Part shown: positions 26,612 to 37,648 of the stretch, piece after piece
Layout of the letters: every line of letters starts with the position of its first letter
Numbering within the stretch: the stretch's first letter is position 1
The notes under the pieces: generated by a model
What the model saw: only the letters and a program-made list of their open reading frames with translations
What the model was told of the DNA's origin: nothing
Databases searched by the model: none
Translations under genes and position numbers: made by a program
DNA from: Alphaproteobacteria bacterium
GTDB lineage: Bacteria > Pseudomonadota > Alphaproteobacteria > Rs-D84
Reading direction: 5' to 3'
Assembly: GCA_017546265.1 (NCBI GenBank)
Contig: JAFYXG010000012.1
Coordinates: 76,973 to 140,972, forward strand
Length of the DNA stretch: 64,000 nucleotides

Positions 26612-28246
26612 ATGACCAAAGAAAATAATATCTTGGATACTGATCTGATGAATCAACAGCCTTCTGTGCCAGTGGGACTGGAAAATGCTGAATCAAAAGA
26701 TATTCTGGATTATTTGTTTTCAAATGGTAACAGATTATTGACTGTGACTGGGGCTATGTTTGAACTGCCCAGAGATACACAGGGAATTATTGCCTATTTT
26801 TCAGGGGGCGAAGTTATTATTTCTAGAACACACAGATTTGATGGACGTGTGCTGGCTTTTCTAGAACTGCTGAAAAAACGTGGCAAAAAAATCAAAGAAC
26901 CATTTTATTCCGACCTGGGGTTGGTGGCCAATATTTATAAATCTTATGAACTGCGTTTGGGGAGTGCAGGACGCACCAAAGTGGATTTTGATAACCAAAT
27001 GCAAAAGGATTTTGTTGATATTATCGCAAAAGCCGCCGCACAAAAGGTTTCTGATATTCATATTGAAGTTGCAGATCAGACAACGGTGTTTTTCCGTATT
27101 GATGGCAGTATGCAACCTGTTATGGAATATAACTCGCAATGGGGCGAGTCTTTTGTTCGTGCTGCATTTGCTTCGTCTGATATGTCAAATGCAAACTATG
27201 CACAGAATGAATATCAGTCGGCACAAAAAGATGGGCGTACACCACTGCGTGGTACTAAAGATTTATATCTGCCTTCGGGGGTGCTGGGGGTGCGTATGCA
27301 GTTCAATCCAATCGCATTCGGCAGCAGATATGTTGTTATGCGATTGCTGTATGATAACCCGTCCGAAGGTATTAAAACAGAACAAGAATTCGGCCCGTAT
27401 GAACAAAGATTGTTGGCACGTATGCGGTCATTCCCAACAGGATTGGTTATTGTGGCAGGACCAACCAGTTCAGGTAAATCTACGACATTGGTCAGAAATA
27501 TGGCACTGATGTTAAAAGAAAGAAATTATGAAATTAACCTGATTACTGTGGAAAACCCAGTTGAACAAAAAATTTTTGGTGCACGGCAAATGCCAGTTGT
27601 TAATACCACAAACGAAGAACAACGTGAAGAAAAGTATGTAGAAGCATTGGCCGCTGCGTTGCGAAGTGACCCTGATACGCTGATGGTGGGAGAAATTCGT
27701 ACGTTGGCCGCTGCTGAACTGACTGTGCGTGGGGCGTTGTCGGGGCATAATGTGTGGACAACTTTGCATGCTAATTCTGCTATGGCTGCGTTGACGCGTC
27801 TGTTGGATCTGGGGGTCGAAGCATTTAAGTTAAAAGAAGAAACTTTGATGCGTGGCTTGGTTTCTATGCGACTGTTTAAGAAATTGTGTCCACACTGCAG
27901 AGAACAGTTGAAAAATCACCCAGAACGTGGTGCATATAAACGTATGATGGATATGTATGGTGAACTGGGGGTAAATCAGGCGTTTATTCGTGGAAGTGGA
28001 TGTGAACACTGCAAAGGAACAGGTACTGTCGGTCGTATCAAGGCCGGGGAAATTATTATCACTAACAGTGAATTTTTACGACTGGTGTTGGCGGGAAATA
28101 CAGATGAGGCAGTGCGATATTGGTTAGAAGAAATGAACGGTAGAACACTGAAAGAAGCCGCGGCTGCACTGGTTTTGCAGGGAATTGTCGGGGTCGATGA
28201 AATGGAACGTTGGGTCGGTTATATAAATGAACCGGGGGCATACTGA
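26612..28246 (+). CDS. GspE/PilB-family secretion/pilus assembly ATPase
   Basis: Walker A GPTSSGKST, Asp box/Walker B DPDTLMVGEIR, His box GHNVWTTLHAN, tetracysteine CPHC...CEHCKGTG. Confidence 0.9.
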   Translation: MTKENNILDTDLMNQQPSVPVGLENAESKDILDYLFSNGNRLLTVTGAMFELPRDTQGIIAYFSGGEVIISRTHRFDGRVLAFLELLKKRGKKIKEPFYSDLGLVANIYKSYELRLGSAGRTKVDFDNQMQKDFVDIIAKAAAQKVSDIHIEVADQTTVFFRIDGSMQPVMEYNSQWGESFVRAAFASSDMSNANYAQNEYQSAQKDGRTPLRGTKDLYLPSGVLGVRMQFNPIAFGSRYVVMRLLYDNPSEGIKTEQEFGPYEQRLLARMRSFPTGLVIVAGPTSSGKSTTLVRNMALMLKERNYEINLITVENPVEQKIFGARQMPVVNTTNEEQREEKYVEALAAALRSDPDTLMVGEIRTLAAAELTVRGALSGHNVWTTLHANSAMAALTRLLDLGVEAFKLKEETLMRGLVSMRLFKKLCPHCREQLKNHPERGAYKRMMDMYGELGVNQAFIRGSGCEHCKGTGTVGRIKAGEIIITNSEFLRLVLAGNTDEAVRYWLEEMNGRTLKEAAAALVLQGIVGVDEMERWVGYINEPGAY

Positions 28247-28248
28247 TT

Positions 28249-29319
28249 ATGAATAAACTGGAATTGTTGTATGCAAAACTGGTTTTTCGGACAAATACTG
28301 AAAAACGTATGGCCATCTGTCGAAAGTTGGCTTCGTTGTTGCGTAATGATTTTACACTGATAGACGCATTGGAACGTCTGGAAATGGTGGAATCGAATAA
28401 TGGTAAAAAACCAAATGAACCATATGCAATCGTTATGCGTGAATGGCAGAAAAACCTGGAACGAGGTATGAGTTTTTCAGAAGCAACTCGTGGTTGGGTG
28501 CCCGCAGATGAAACATTGCTTGTGACGTCTGGAAATCTGTCTAATTTGGTGGTTGCTTTGGAAAACGTGGGACGGGTTGTAGATGGTACACAACGTATCA
28601 GACGGGCAATGACAACAGCAATCGCGTATCCTTTGTTTTTGCTGGCACTGACGTTCGGTATTATTATTATGGTGGGAATTTATTTAGTGCCACCTTTGAT
28701 GGAGGTCGCAGGTAGTAATATCGTGTGGCAGGGAACAGCAAAATCACTGATTGTGTTGTCAGATTTGGCAATAAATTACTGGTATATGTTCTTGGTTGTT
28801 TTTGCAGGTATTGTCGGTGTAGTATGGCTGAGTCTGCCAAACTGGTCAGGACGTATGCGGGTGATGTTTGATAATTTGCCCCCATGGAATGTTTATAAAA
28901 TTCAGGTCTCGGTCGGTTGGTTGATGAGTTTGGCTGCAATGGTCGGTGCAGGGGTGACAATCCCAGATGCTATGCGTATGCTGGCCGATAACGCAAACAG
29001 ATATTTACGCAGTATACTGGAAAAAGCATTGCGTTATATTGCAAATGGTGAAAACCTGGGTATCGCGTTGAATCATACAAAAAGCAATTTCCCAGATAAT
29101 GAAATTATTGGTGATTTAACAATATATGCAGATATGAACGGATTTGATGAAAATCTGAACCAGGTTGCCAATGATTATTTGAACGAGTCTGTTCGTAAAA
29201 TGGAAAAAATTTCAAATACACTGAACAGTATGGGGATTTTGTTGGTGTCCCTGATAATCGCATGGGTTGTGTTCGGAACGTTCGAAATGCAAGAACAGAT
29301 TACAGCCGCACTTACCTGA
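28249..29319 (+). CDS. GspF/PilC-family inner-membrane platform protein
   Basis: 356 aa with three TM blocks and duplicated cytoplasmic helical domains, directly after the GspE-like ATPase. Confidence 0.8.
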   Translation: MNKLELLYAKLVFRTNTEKRMAICRKLASLLRNDFTLIDALERLEMVESNNGKKPNEPYAIVMREWQKNLERGMSFSEATRGWVPADETLLVTSGNLSNLVVALENVGRVVDGTQRIRRAMTTAIAYPLFLLALTFGIIIMVGIYLVPPLMEVAGSNIVWQGTAKSLIVLSDLAINYWYMFLVVFAGIVGVVWLSLPNWSGRMRVMFDNLPPWNVYKIQVSVGWLMSLAAMVGAGVTIPDAMRMLADNANRYLRSILEKALRYIANGENLGIALNHTKSNFPDNEIIGDLTIYADMNGFDENLNQVANDYLNESVRKMEKISNTLNSMGILLVSLIIAWVVFGTFEMQEQITAALT

Positions 29320-29352
29320 AAATAAAATCTAGTGGCATATCTGCAAGAGAAT

Positions 29353-29399
29353 CCGCCAGTTTATGTAACGTTTGTACACTGTGCTGGCGGGGGCTTTTG
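29353..29399 (+). terminator. hairpin after the platform gene, carrying a conserved 18-nt loop core
   Basis: CCGCCAG (29353-59) / CTGGCGG (29384-90) with a 24-nt loop containing ATGTAACGTTTGTACACT, followed by GGGCTTTTG. Confidence 0.45.
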
Positions 29400-29432
29400 C
29401 ATTTGTGCCATTATCTTTAATTTAATTTTATT

Positions 29433-30203
29433 TTATTTTATTTCCAGCATTAAACCGCAATGGTCGGTTGGTTTGTTGGCCAGGCGGGGGGCAATATCTA
29501 TCTCGCAATTTTTTATCTTTTGTGCAGCTGTGCGATTACACAAGAAATAATCTAATCGAAGCCCTTGCTTATTACCAACTGTATCGCGACCACGGTATCC
29601 GTACCAGGTATAGTCAATCTCATCTGGGTGTAATGTTCGCCACGCATCAACCCAACCCGCGTCCAGCCACTGTTGCATTATTGCACGGGCCGCAGGTGCA
29701 GAAATTGCAATGCCTTCGTAATTTTTTGGTTTCCAAATATCTCGATCTTCGATTGCAACGTTAAAATCACCGCCTATAATTACCGGTTCTGATGAATCTA
29801 GGTATTGACTGATATATTCTGTAAATGCACGCATCCATTCCAATTTATATGGAAATTTTGGTGATGTAACCGTGTCCCCGTTGGGCATATAGGTGTTGAT
29901 TAAACGTATACGACCATCAACAACACATTCCAAAAAACGGGCATTCATATCTGCGTAATTCGGCATGCCCATAATGGTATCTTCAATGGAATGTTTGGAA
30001 AATGTCGCAACGCCATTCCAGGATTTTTGACCAAAAACCTTAACATTATATCCAAACTCGTCAAAAATCATGTGGGGAAAGTTGGCTGTTTCAACCTTTA
30101 GTTCCTGGACCATGATTGTGTCGTATTCGCCACGCTTAAGAATGTCAATAAAACTTTCAATATGGGCACGAATAGAGTTTATATTTAACGTCAAGATTTT
30201 CAT
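29433..30203 (-). CDS. xth: exodeoxyribonuclease III
   Basis: MKILTLNINSIRAH..., QELK, GDFN, DHCGLMLEI. ATG at 30203 with an AAGGAAA SD. Confidence 0.9.
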   Translation of the reverse strand: MKILTLNINSIRAHIESFIDILKRGEYDTIMVQELKVETANFPHMIFDEFGYNVKVFGQKSWNGVATFSKHSIEDTIMGMPNYADMNARFLECVVDGRIRLINTYMPNGDTVTSPKFPYKLEWMRAFTEYISQYLDSSEPVIIGGDFNVAIEDRDIWKPKNYEGIAISAPAARAIMQQWLDAGWVDAWRTLHPDEIDYTWYGYRGRDTVGNKQGLRLDYFLCNRTAAQKIKNCEIDIAPRLANKPTDHCGLMLEIK

Positions 30204-30273
30204 ATTTGATTTCCTTTGATTCATCTGTATAATATCTGCTGTCCAATATAAAAACAACAAGGAATTTTATAAC

Positions 30274-31854
30274 ATGAATATGTATCAGTTATTAGAACGT
30301 ACCGCAAAAACGTATCCGGATAATTTGTATCTGGTTCGTGAAAACGTTACGTATACTGCTTTTATTGAACTGGTTAAGGCACGGGCTGCTTCGTTGAACA
30401 AGGCTGGTGTTAAAAAGGGGGATGTGGTTGGTATTTTATCGCACAATATTCCTGAATTTCCAATCTCGCTGTTTGCGATTTGGTATTTGGGTGGTACTGT
30501 GTTATTGTTGGATACCAATTTAACACCATACGAATATGACAATATGGCATCGATTACAAACTGTAATTTGGTTTGTGCAGAAAAGTCTTTTGTTTATAAA
30601 ACAGATAAATTTAAGTTCTATGAAATAACAAAAAAAGATGGCAAGGTTGACCCGGAATTAAAGCCCGCCGCGGTTGAATCGTTGGATATTGCCACTATGT
30701 CGTTCACATCAGGTTCAACGGGTGTGCCAAAGGTTGTGCCATTGACACACTTTAATATCGTGGAATGTACGAATTCGTTGGAATCTATGGCTGAATGGAT
30801 TAAGCCTGCGGACATATTGTATGGTTTCCTGCCAATGTACCATGTGTTTGGTTTCGCAGTCGAAATCTTGGCAACGTTGCATTTTGGTGCGGGCATGTTA
30901 TTGCAACCAACAGTCAATCCAAAGGAAATTATGGCGGACTTTAAAAAGTTCCGTCCCCAGGTTATTCCAGCGGTGCCACGTTTGTGGGAAGTGTTCCGTA
31001 ATAAAATTATCGATAATGTAAAAGCTCAGAAAAAATGGGGGCTGGTATCGTTTATTTTAAAGTACGGTAAATTGCTGCAAAAAATTGGATTAGGTGCACT
31101 GGTTCGCAAGGTACAAAAACCTATTCTGGATGTATTTGGTGGACGTGCACGTCTGTTAATCGCAGGTGGTGCCGCAACCAAGCCCGAGGTTGAAACGTTC
31201 TATGAACGGTTGGGACTGACATTTATCCAGGGGTACGGTTTAACAGAAACGGTTGGACCAATCTGTATTTCAAAGCCAACAAAACATCGTTTGCCATTTG
31301 CGTTCGGTGGACCAACACTGAATAACGAATGTGAAATTCGTGATAAAAACGAAGAAGGTGTTGGTGTGCTGTGGCTGCGTGGACATCAGGTGTTCGGTGG
31401 ATACCTGAATAACGAGGCCGCAAATGCAGAAATATTCGATGAACGTGGATTCTTTAACACGGGTGATATGGTATCTATGGATAAAAACGGTGAATTACAC
31501 TTTGCGGGACGTAAAAAACAAGTTATCGTTCTGGACAGTGGTAAAAACGTTTATCCAGATGAACTGGAAGGTATGTATATCACTATTCCAGGTGTTAAAA
31601 ACGTTGCCGTGTTCGAGCATAAGGTCAAAGGTAAAACTGTTACATACGGTGTATTCAGTGTTGAACCGGATATGACACTGGAAAAACTGGGGGCGGAAAT
31701 CGCCGCGGCAAATAAAAAGGTGGCCAGTTATAAATGGGTTACACACTTTGCCATGACGACAGAAGATTTGCCGTTGACCAGTACACAAAAGGTTAAACAC
31801 CACGTTGTGCGTCAGAACGTGATAGATGGGAAATACCCAGATAGACACGAATAA
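30274..31854 (+). CDS. long-chain acyl-CoA synthetase / AMP-dependent ligase
   Basis: AMP-binding motifs SFTSGSTGVPKV, GYGLTET, TGDMVSMDKNGELHFAGRKK. Confidence 0.85.
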   Translation: MNMYQLLERTAKTYPDNLYLVRENVTYTAFIELVKARAASLNKAGVKKGDVVGILSHNIPEFPISLFAIWYLGGTVLLLDTNLTPYEYDNMASITNCNLVCAEKSFVYKTDKFKFYEITKKDGKVDPELKPAAVESLDIATMSFTSGSTGVPKVVPLTHFNIVECTNSLESMAEWIKPADILYGFLPMYHVFGFAVEILATLHFGAGMLLQPTVNPKEIMADFKKFRPQVIPAVPRLWEVFRNKIIDNVKAQKKWGLVSFILKYGKLLQKIGLGALVRKVQKPILDVFGGRARLLIAGGAATKPEVETFYERLGLTFIQGYGLTETVGPICISKPTKHRLPFAFGGPTLNNECEIRDKNEEGVGVLWLRGHQVFGGYLNNEAANAEIFDERGFFNTGDMVSMDKNGELHFAGRKKQVIVLDSGKNVYPDELEGMYITIPGVKNVAVFEHKVKGKTVTYGVFSVEPDMTLEKLGAEIAAANKKVASYKWVTHFAMTTEDLPLTSTQKVKHHVVRQNVIDGKYPDRHE

Positions 31855-31856
31855 GA

Positions 31857-31878
31857 AAATCCCCCGTTTGGGGGATTT
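31857..31878. terminator. bidirectional intrinsic terminator
   Basis: AAATCCCCC-gttt-GGGGGATTT between convergent genes. Confidence 0.6.
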
Positions 31879-31879
31879 C

Positions 31880-32449
31880 TTAAACCATAAATGGCAGGTT
31901 TTCCAGTGTGCCTTCGGCAACGCGGACATTTACGTCCAACATCATAAATACAGAATCTGGTGTACACATAGCGTGTTCTGCAAACAGCGATGTGTCCAAA
32001 AGGTGACTGGTATTAACAGACAGTTTTGTTATTAAATGGTCGTCATCCAGTAAGGTGTAAATCGGGCCAATATCACGTGGTGTATTTGCACCAATTTCAT
32101 GTTCATTTTGGGGACAACGCAGGCCGTCCATTATCGTTTTAACACGGTTGTCAATGTCACTGCGTGGAACACCAACAATTTCCGGATGCAACATTTGGAT
32201 GTCCAGTTCCGCAATCAGTTTCAGATTTGGTGTAATAATAGGGTTCCAGTCTATGCCACCTATGTGACGGGTGGTGATGGGACTTTTAGTTGGATTTGGA
32301 ACCATGTATTGTGTCAGGTTGTTCCATGGACTGTGTTCAACCAATTTTTTTAACTGGGGATGGAACTGCATACGTATGTCTGCGATATGTTGGGCCCGCT
32401 TTTTAGGGTTGATTAAAATATCGCCAAAATATAGTAATTTGAATTTCAT
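31880..32449 (-). CDS. hypothetical protein with a RusA-like motif (possible Holliday-junction endonuclease fold)
   Basis: PRSDIDNRVKTIMDGL ... LLDDDHLITKLSV resembles the RusA D-x-D-N-x2-K-x3-D-x-L ... DD motif. 189 aa, longer than RusA. Confidence 0.35.
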   Translation of the reverse strand: MKFKLLYFGDILINPKKRAQHIADIRMQFHPQLKKLVEHSPWNNLTQYMVPNPTKSPITTRHIGGIDWNPIITPNLKLIAELDIQMLHPEIVGVPRSDIDNRVKTIMDGLRCPQNEHEIGANTPRDIGPIYTLLDDDHLITKLSVNTSHLLDTSLFAEHAMCTPDSVFMMLDVNVRVAEGTLENLPFMV

Positions 32450-32484
32450 TTTTTTACCCTTTTTTCTTGATAATTATAGCATAA

Positions 32485-34923
<2,439 letters not shown>

Positions 34924-34931
34924 TTAAAGAT

Positions 34932-34959
34932 GGCACGGGTGGTTCCGTGCCTTTGTTTT
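34932..34959 (+). terminator. intrinsic terminator after gyrB
   Basis: GGCACGG-gtggtt-CCGTGCC followed by TTTGTTTT. Confidence 0.65.
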
Positions 34960-34975
34960 GTAGGGAAAATAAAGA

Positions 34976-35230
34976 ATGGCAAATAAACAGGACCTAATCG
35001 CAGAAATGAATAAATTAGAAGCGGAACTGGAATCATATGGTTCGGCTGTGGCAGAATCACAAATTTGGCATAAAAAGGCCAGAATTGAACAAATTAAACA
35101 GGAAATAAAAAAACTGGAAACACAGCAGCTTAATTCCGGTAATGAAAAATTGCAGGAAATGATGGTACAAAAACAGCCACAACAATTAACGCCTGAACAA
35201 ATTGCTGCGGCAAATGCAGGACGGCAATAA
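34976..35230 (+). CDS. small coiled-coil protein, function unknown
   Basis: 84 aa, heptad-like E/K/Q-rich sequence. The stop overlaps the next ATG (TAATG). Confidence 0.5.
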   Translation: MANKQDLIAEMNKLEAELESYGSAVAESQIWHKKARIEQIKQEIKKLETQQLNSGNEKLQEMMVQKQPQQLTPEQIAAANAGRQ

Positions 35231-35901
35231 TGCTTTTCTCGCGGGATTGGTTTTTTGATTTAGATACTGCTTTGCGGACAAGTGGGCTGGACAGTGATGC
35301 ACAGTCTTTTGATGAAATTTTGGAAAATCTGAGAAACAGAAAAATTTATGATGCAGATGACTTTGCAGCACATTGTGTGTATGTGATTTTGGCAGGTGGT
35401 TTTTCACAAAAAACAGCAAAAATTAAACATCTGGAAATTATGACTGTTCTGACCGCAGTCGGGGCGGATTTTGATATGCTGATTCACTTGTTTAATAATA
35501 AAAATAAAATAAATGCAATTTGCAAAATCTGGAATAATCGAAAACAGTTGCGTGATGGGTACTATGAACAAATGACGTTGGATGATAGGTTAAAATATCT
35601 GGAAAAATTGCCGCATATCGGAAAGATAACTGCAAACCATTTGGCACGTAATCTGGGTGAAGATGTGGTAAAATATGATATCTGGATTCAGCGATTGGGA
35701 TGTGTGTTCGCAGGTAAAGAATTGACGGTTGATAATACTAAACTGTCGCCGGAAATAAAGGATGCGTGTGATGATATGTTTGCACATCTGGTGCAGGAAA
35801 CAGGTTTGCCACGGGGGTATATAGATGTGGTCCTGTGGCGTAGTTTACAACAAAAATTAATTTCTGTGGACGATTACTTGCACAAACCGTCGGTCATGTA
35901 G
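35230..35901 (+). CDS. helix-hairpin-helix (HhH-GPD-like) protein, putative DNA glycosylase family
   Basis: LPHIGKITANHLARNLGEDVVKYDIWIQR resembles L-P-G-I-G-x-x-T-A ... D of HhH-GPD enzymes. Adjacent to ung. Confidence 0.4.
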   Translation: MLFSRDWFFDLDTALRTSGLDSDAQSFDEILENLRNRKIYDADDFAAHCVYVILAGGFSQKTAKIKHLEIMTVLTAVGADFDMLIHLFNNKNKINAICKIWNNRKQLRDGYYEQMTLDDRLKYLEKLPHIGKITANHLARNLGEDVVKYDIWIQRLGCVFAGKELTVDNTKLSPEIKDACDDMFAHLVQETGLPRGYIDVVLWRSLQQKLISVDDYLHKPSVM

Positions 35902-36000
35902 CGGGTGGTACACTCCCTTTGGTTTGTGCTGCGTACTCGTCTCATATAAATTAATTTTAAAAAAGGTATGGACGATTGCTTGCATATATAAGGTTTAGTT

Positions 36001-36663
36001 ATGAATGTGAAAATTGAACAGTCTTGGAAAGATGCGTTGGCGGACGAGTTTGATAAAGATTATTTTATCAAATTGACTGACTTTGTGCGGAGTGAATATT
36101 TGTCGGGGAAAAACGTCTATCCCGCGGCACAAAATATTTTTAATGCGTTTAATCTGTGTCCAATTGACAGGGTCAAGGTTGTTATTATCGGTCAGGATCC
36201 ATATCATGAACCAGGTCAGGCACATGGGTTGTCTTTTTCTGTGTTGCCACCTACACCTGTGCCACCCAGTCTGAAAAATATATATAAAGAAATAGAATCT
36301 GATTTGGGACATGGCTCCGTCACCAATGGTGATTTAACACATTGGGCAAATCAGGGGGTCTTGTTGCTGAATGCGACTTTGACCGTTTTGGCACACAGGG
36401 CAGGATCGCACTTTGGCCGTGGTTGGGAACAGTTTACAGATGCAGTTATTCGGGTTTTGGCTGAACGGGAAAATATTGTATATATGCTGTGGGGGGCTTT
36501 TGCACAGAAAAAAGCCGCATTTGTTAATGTAGATAAAAATCTGGTGCTGAAATCTGCACACCCGTCACCGTTGTCTGTGCATCGTGGTTTCTTGGGGTGT
36601 AAACACTTCAGCCAGGCAAACCAATATTTGCTTGATTGCGGAAAAACACCAATCGAATGGTGA
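36001..36663 (+). CDS. ung: uracil-DNA glycosylase (family 1)
   Basis: GQDPYH, LLLNATLTV, HPSPLS motifs. Confidence 0.9.
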   Translation: MNVKIEQSWKDALADEFDKDYFIKLTDFVRSEYLSGKNVYPAAQNIFNAFNLCPIDRVKVVIIGQDPYHEPGQAHGLSFSVLPPTPVPPSLKNIYKEIESDLGHGSVTNGDLTHWANQGVLLLNATLTVLAHRAGSHFGRGWEQFTDAVIRVLAERENIVYMLWGAFAQKKAAFVNVDKNLVLKSAHPSPLSVHRGFLGCKHFSQANQYLLDCGKTPIEW

Positions 36664-36675
36664 TAAAAATATAAG

Positions 36676-36699
36676 TCCCGCGTTTGCGGGATTTTTTTT
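36676..36699. terminator. bidirectional intrinsic terminator
   Basis: TCCCGC-gttt-GCGGGA followed by T8. Confidence 0.65.
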
Positions 36700-36701
36700 G
36701 C

Positions 36702-37268
36702 CTAGAAATTATATGTCAGACCAAGTCCATAAAATGCATATGAATTATTCTCGGGGGCGGTGTTGCCGTTGGAATAGTGCTGCATGAAAAATTCCAGATT
36801 GCTGCAATCGCTTAGTTTATACCCAGTCCCCAATTTGAAACCAAATAATAATTTTGAACCAATGCGTTCGTTCTGCTGCATCTGCATGCCAACCGCCAGA
36901 CCAGAATAAAAAAACCATTTTTCGCCATGTGCCAAAATTACGTCTTCGGATAAAGTGACAATTGGAATTGTGTATTTGTCCCAGTGCCATCCGCGCGATG
37001 AACCAGATCCCAATGTCTGGGTTATGTTTAATGATTTACGGGCCGGCAGACGGAAAAATTCTGTTGGCTGGGAATAGTTCGCGTTTAACATTATAAAAGG
37101 TACCCATTTAATCGGGGCAGGGATTAAAAAACCACTGTCCACACCCCAACCAAAGTTAAGGCCAATCTGGTTTTCATAGCCATTAAAAAATGGGTTAGTA
37201 TCTGCGTGGGCAGTTGCCACGATACAAGATAATATCAAAGGGCATAAGATTTTTGTCATAGGGCACAT
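36702..37268 (-). CDS. outer-membrane acyloxyacyl hydrolase / lipid A deacylase (PagL-like)
   Basis: Signal peptide ...CIVATAHA, beta-barrel-like alternation, C-terminal HYSNG (His-Ser pair motif), terminal aromatic F. Confidence 0.55.
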   Translation of the reverse strand: MCPMTKILCPLILSCIVATAHADTNPFFNGYENQIGLNFGWGVDSGFLIPAPIKWVPFIMLNANYSQPTEFFRLPARKSLNITQTLGSGSSRGWHWDKYTIPIVTLSEDVILAHGEKWFFYSGLAVGMQMQQNERIGSKLLFGFKLGTGYKLSDCSNLEFFMQHYSNGNTAPENNSYAFYGLGLTYNF

Positions 37269-37356
37269 ATTATCACAAACTGTGTTTGGATTAAAGTGAA
37301 TTTATTAAATATTATAATGTTTGTAAACAAGAATAAAATCATAGTAGTGGTTTTGC

Positions 37357-37384
37357 TTGCATTTGAAAAAAAAGATGTTATAAT
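37357..37384 (+). promoter_or_regulatory. candidate promoter of tRNA-Met
   Basis: TTGCAT, 16 nt, TATAAT, ending 11 nt before the tRNA 5' end. Confidence 0.5.
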
Positions 37385-37395
37385 GCGTGTCGCTT

Positions 37396-37470
37396 GGCAG
37401 CGTAGCTCAGTGGTAGAGCAGAGGAATCATAATCCTTTGGTCGGGGGTCCGAATCCCTCCGCTGCTACCA
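37396..37470 (+). tRNA. tRNA with CAU anticodon (elongator Met, or Ile2 if lysidinylated)
   Basis: 75-nt cloverleaf: GGCAGCG/CGCTGCT acceptor, anticodon loop ATCATAA, T-loop TCCGAAT, encoded CCA. Confidence 0.9.
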
Positions 37471-37471
37471 A
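37452..37471 (+). repeat. direct repeat copy 1 (tRNA 3' end, AATCCCTCCGCTGCTACCAA)
   Basis: Identical 20-mer recurs at 37625-37644. Confidence 0.85.
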
Positions 37472-37624
37472 AATTCAAACCGGGTTTATCCCGGCTTTAA
37501 TTTTGGTTAGTAAAGGACGATAAGGACCCCAGGGTCCGACAAAAAAGCAGGTTTTGCAAGTGTAACGCAGCGAAACCGTTGCGATTTGGAAAGGGGCCCG
37601 CACACGAAGTGTGTGGGAATACAC

Positions 37625-37644
37625 AATCCCTCCGCTGCTACCAA
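37625..37644 (+). repeat. direct repeat copy 2 (orphan tRNA 3' end, att-like)
   Basis: AATCCCTCCGCTGCTACCAA, followed by its own terminator hairpin. Confidence 0.85.
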
Positions 37645-37648
37645 GATT

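Noticed and set aside
26880-27509. A 209-aa alternative-frame ORF inside the GspE-like ATPase gene.
   Set aside because: It is on the same strand as, and overlaps, a gene with intact Walker, Asp and His boxes. No independent signals were found.
29332-29550. A 72-aa ORF after the platform gene that could have been a missing pilin.
   Set aside because: It has no class III signal peptide (no G/F-hydrophobic junction). It overlaps the terminator hairpin and the 3' end of xth on the other strand.
37473-37644. The segment after tRNA-Met ends in a tRNA-like ...TCCGCTGCTACCA. I considered a permuted two-piece alphaproteobacterial tmRNA, or a second tRNA.
   Set aside because: The acceptor pairing would lack the G3:U70 alanine identity pair. 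No tag-like reading frame (ANDN...AA type) is present. No D, anticodon or T arm can be folded. A duplicated att-like tRNA 3' end is the simpler reading.
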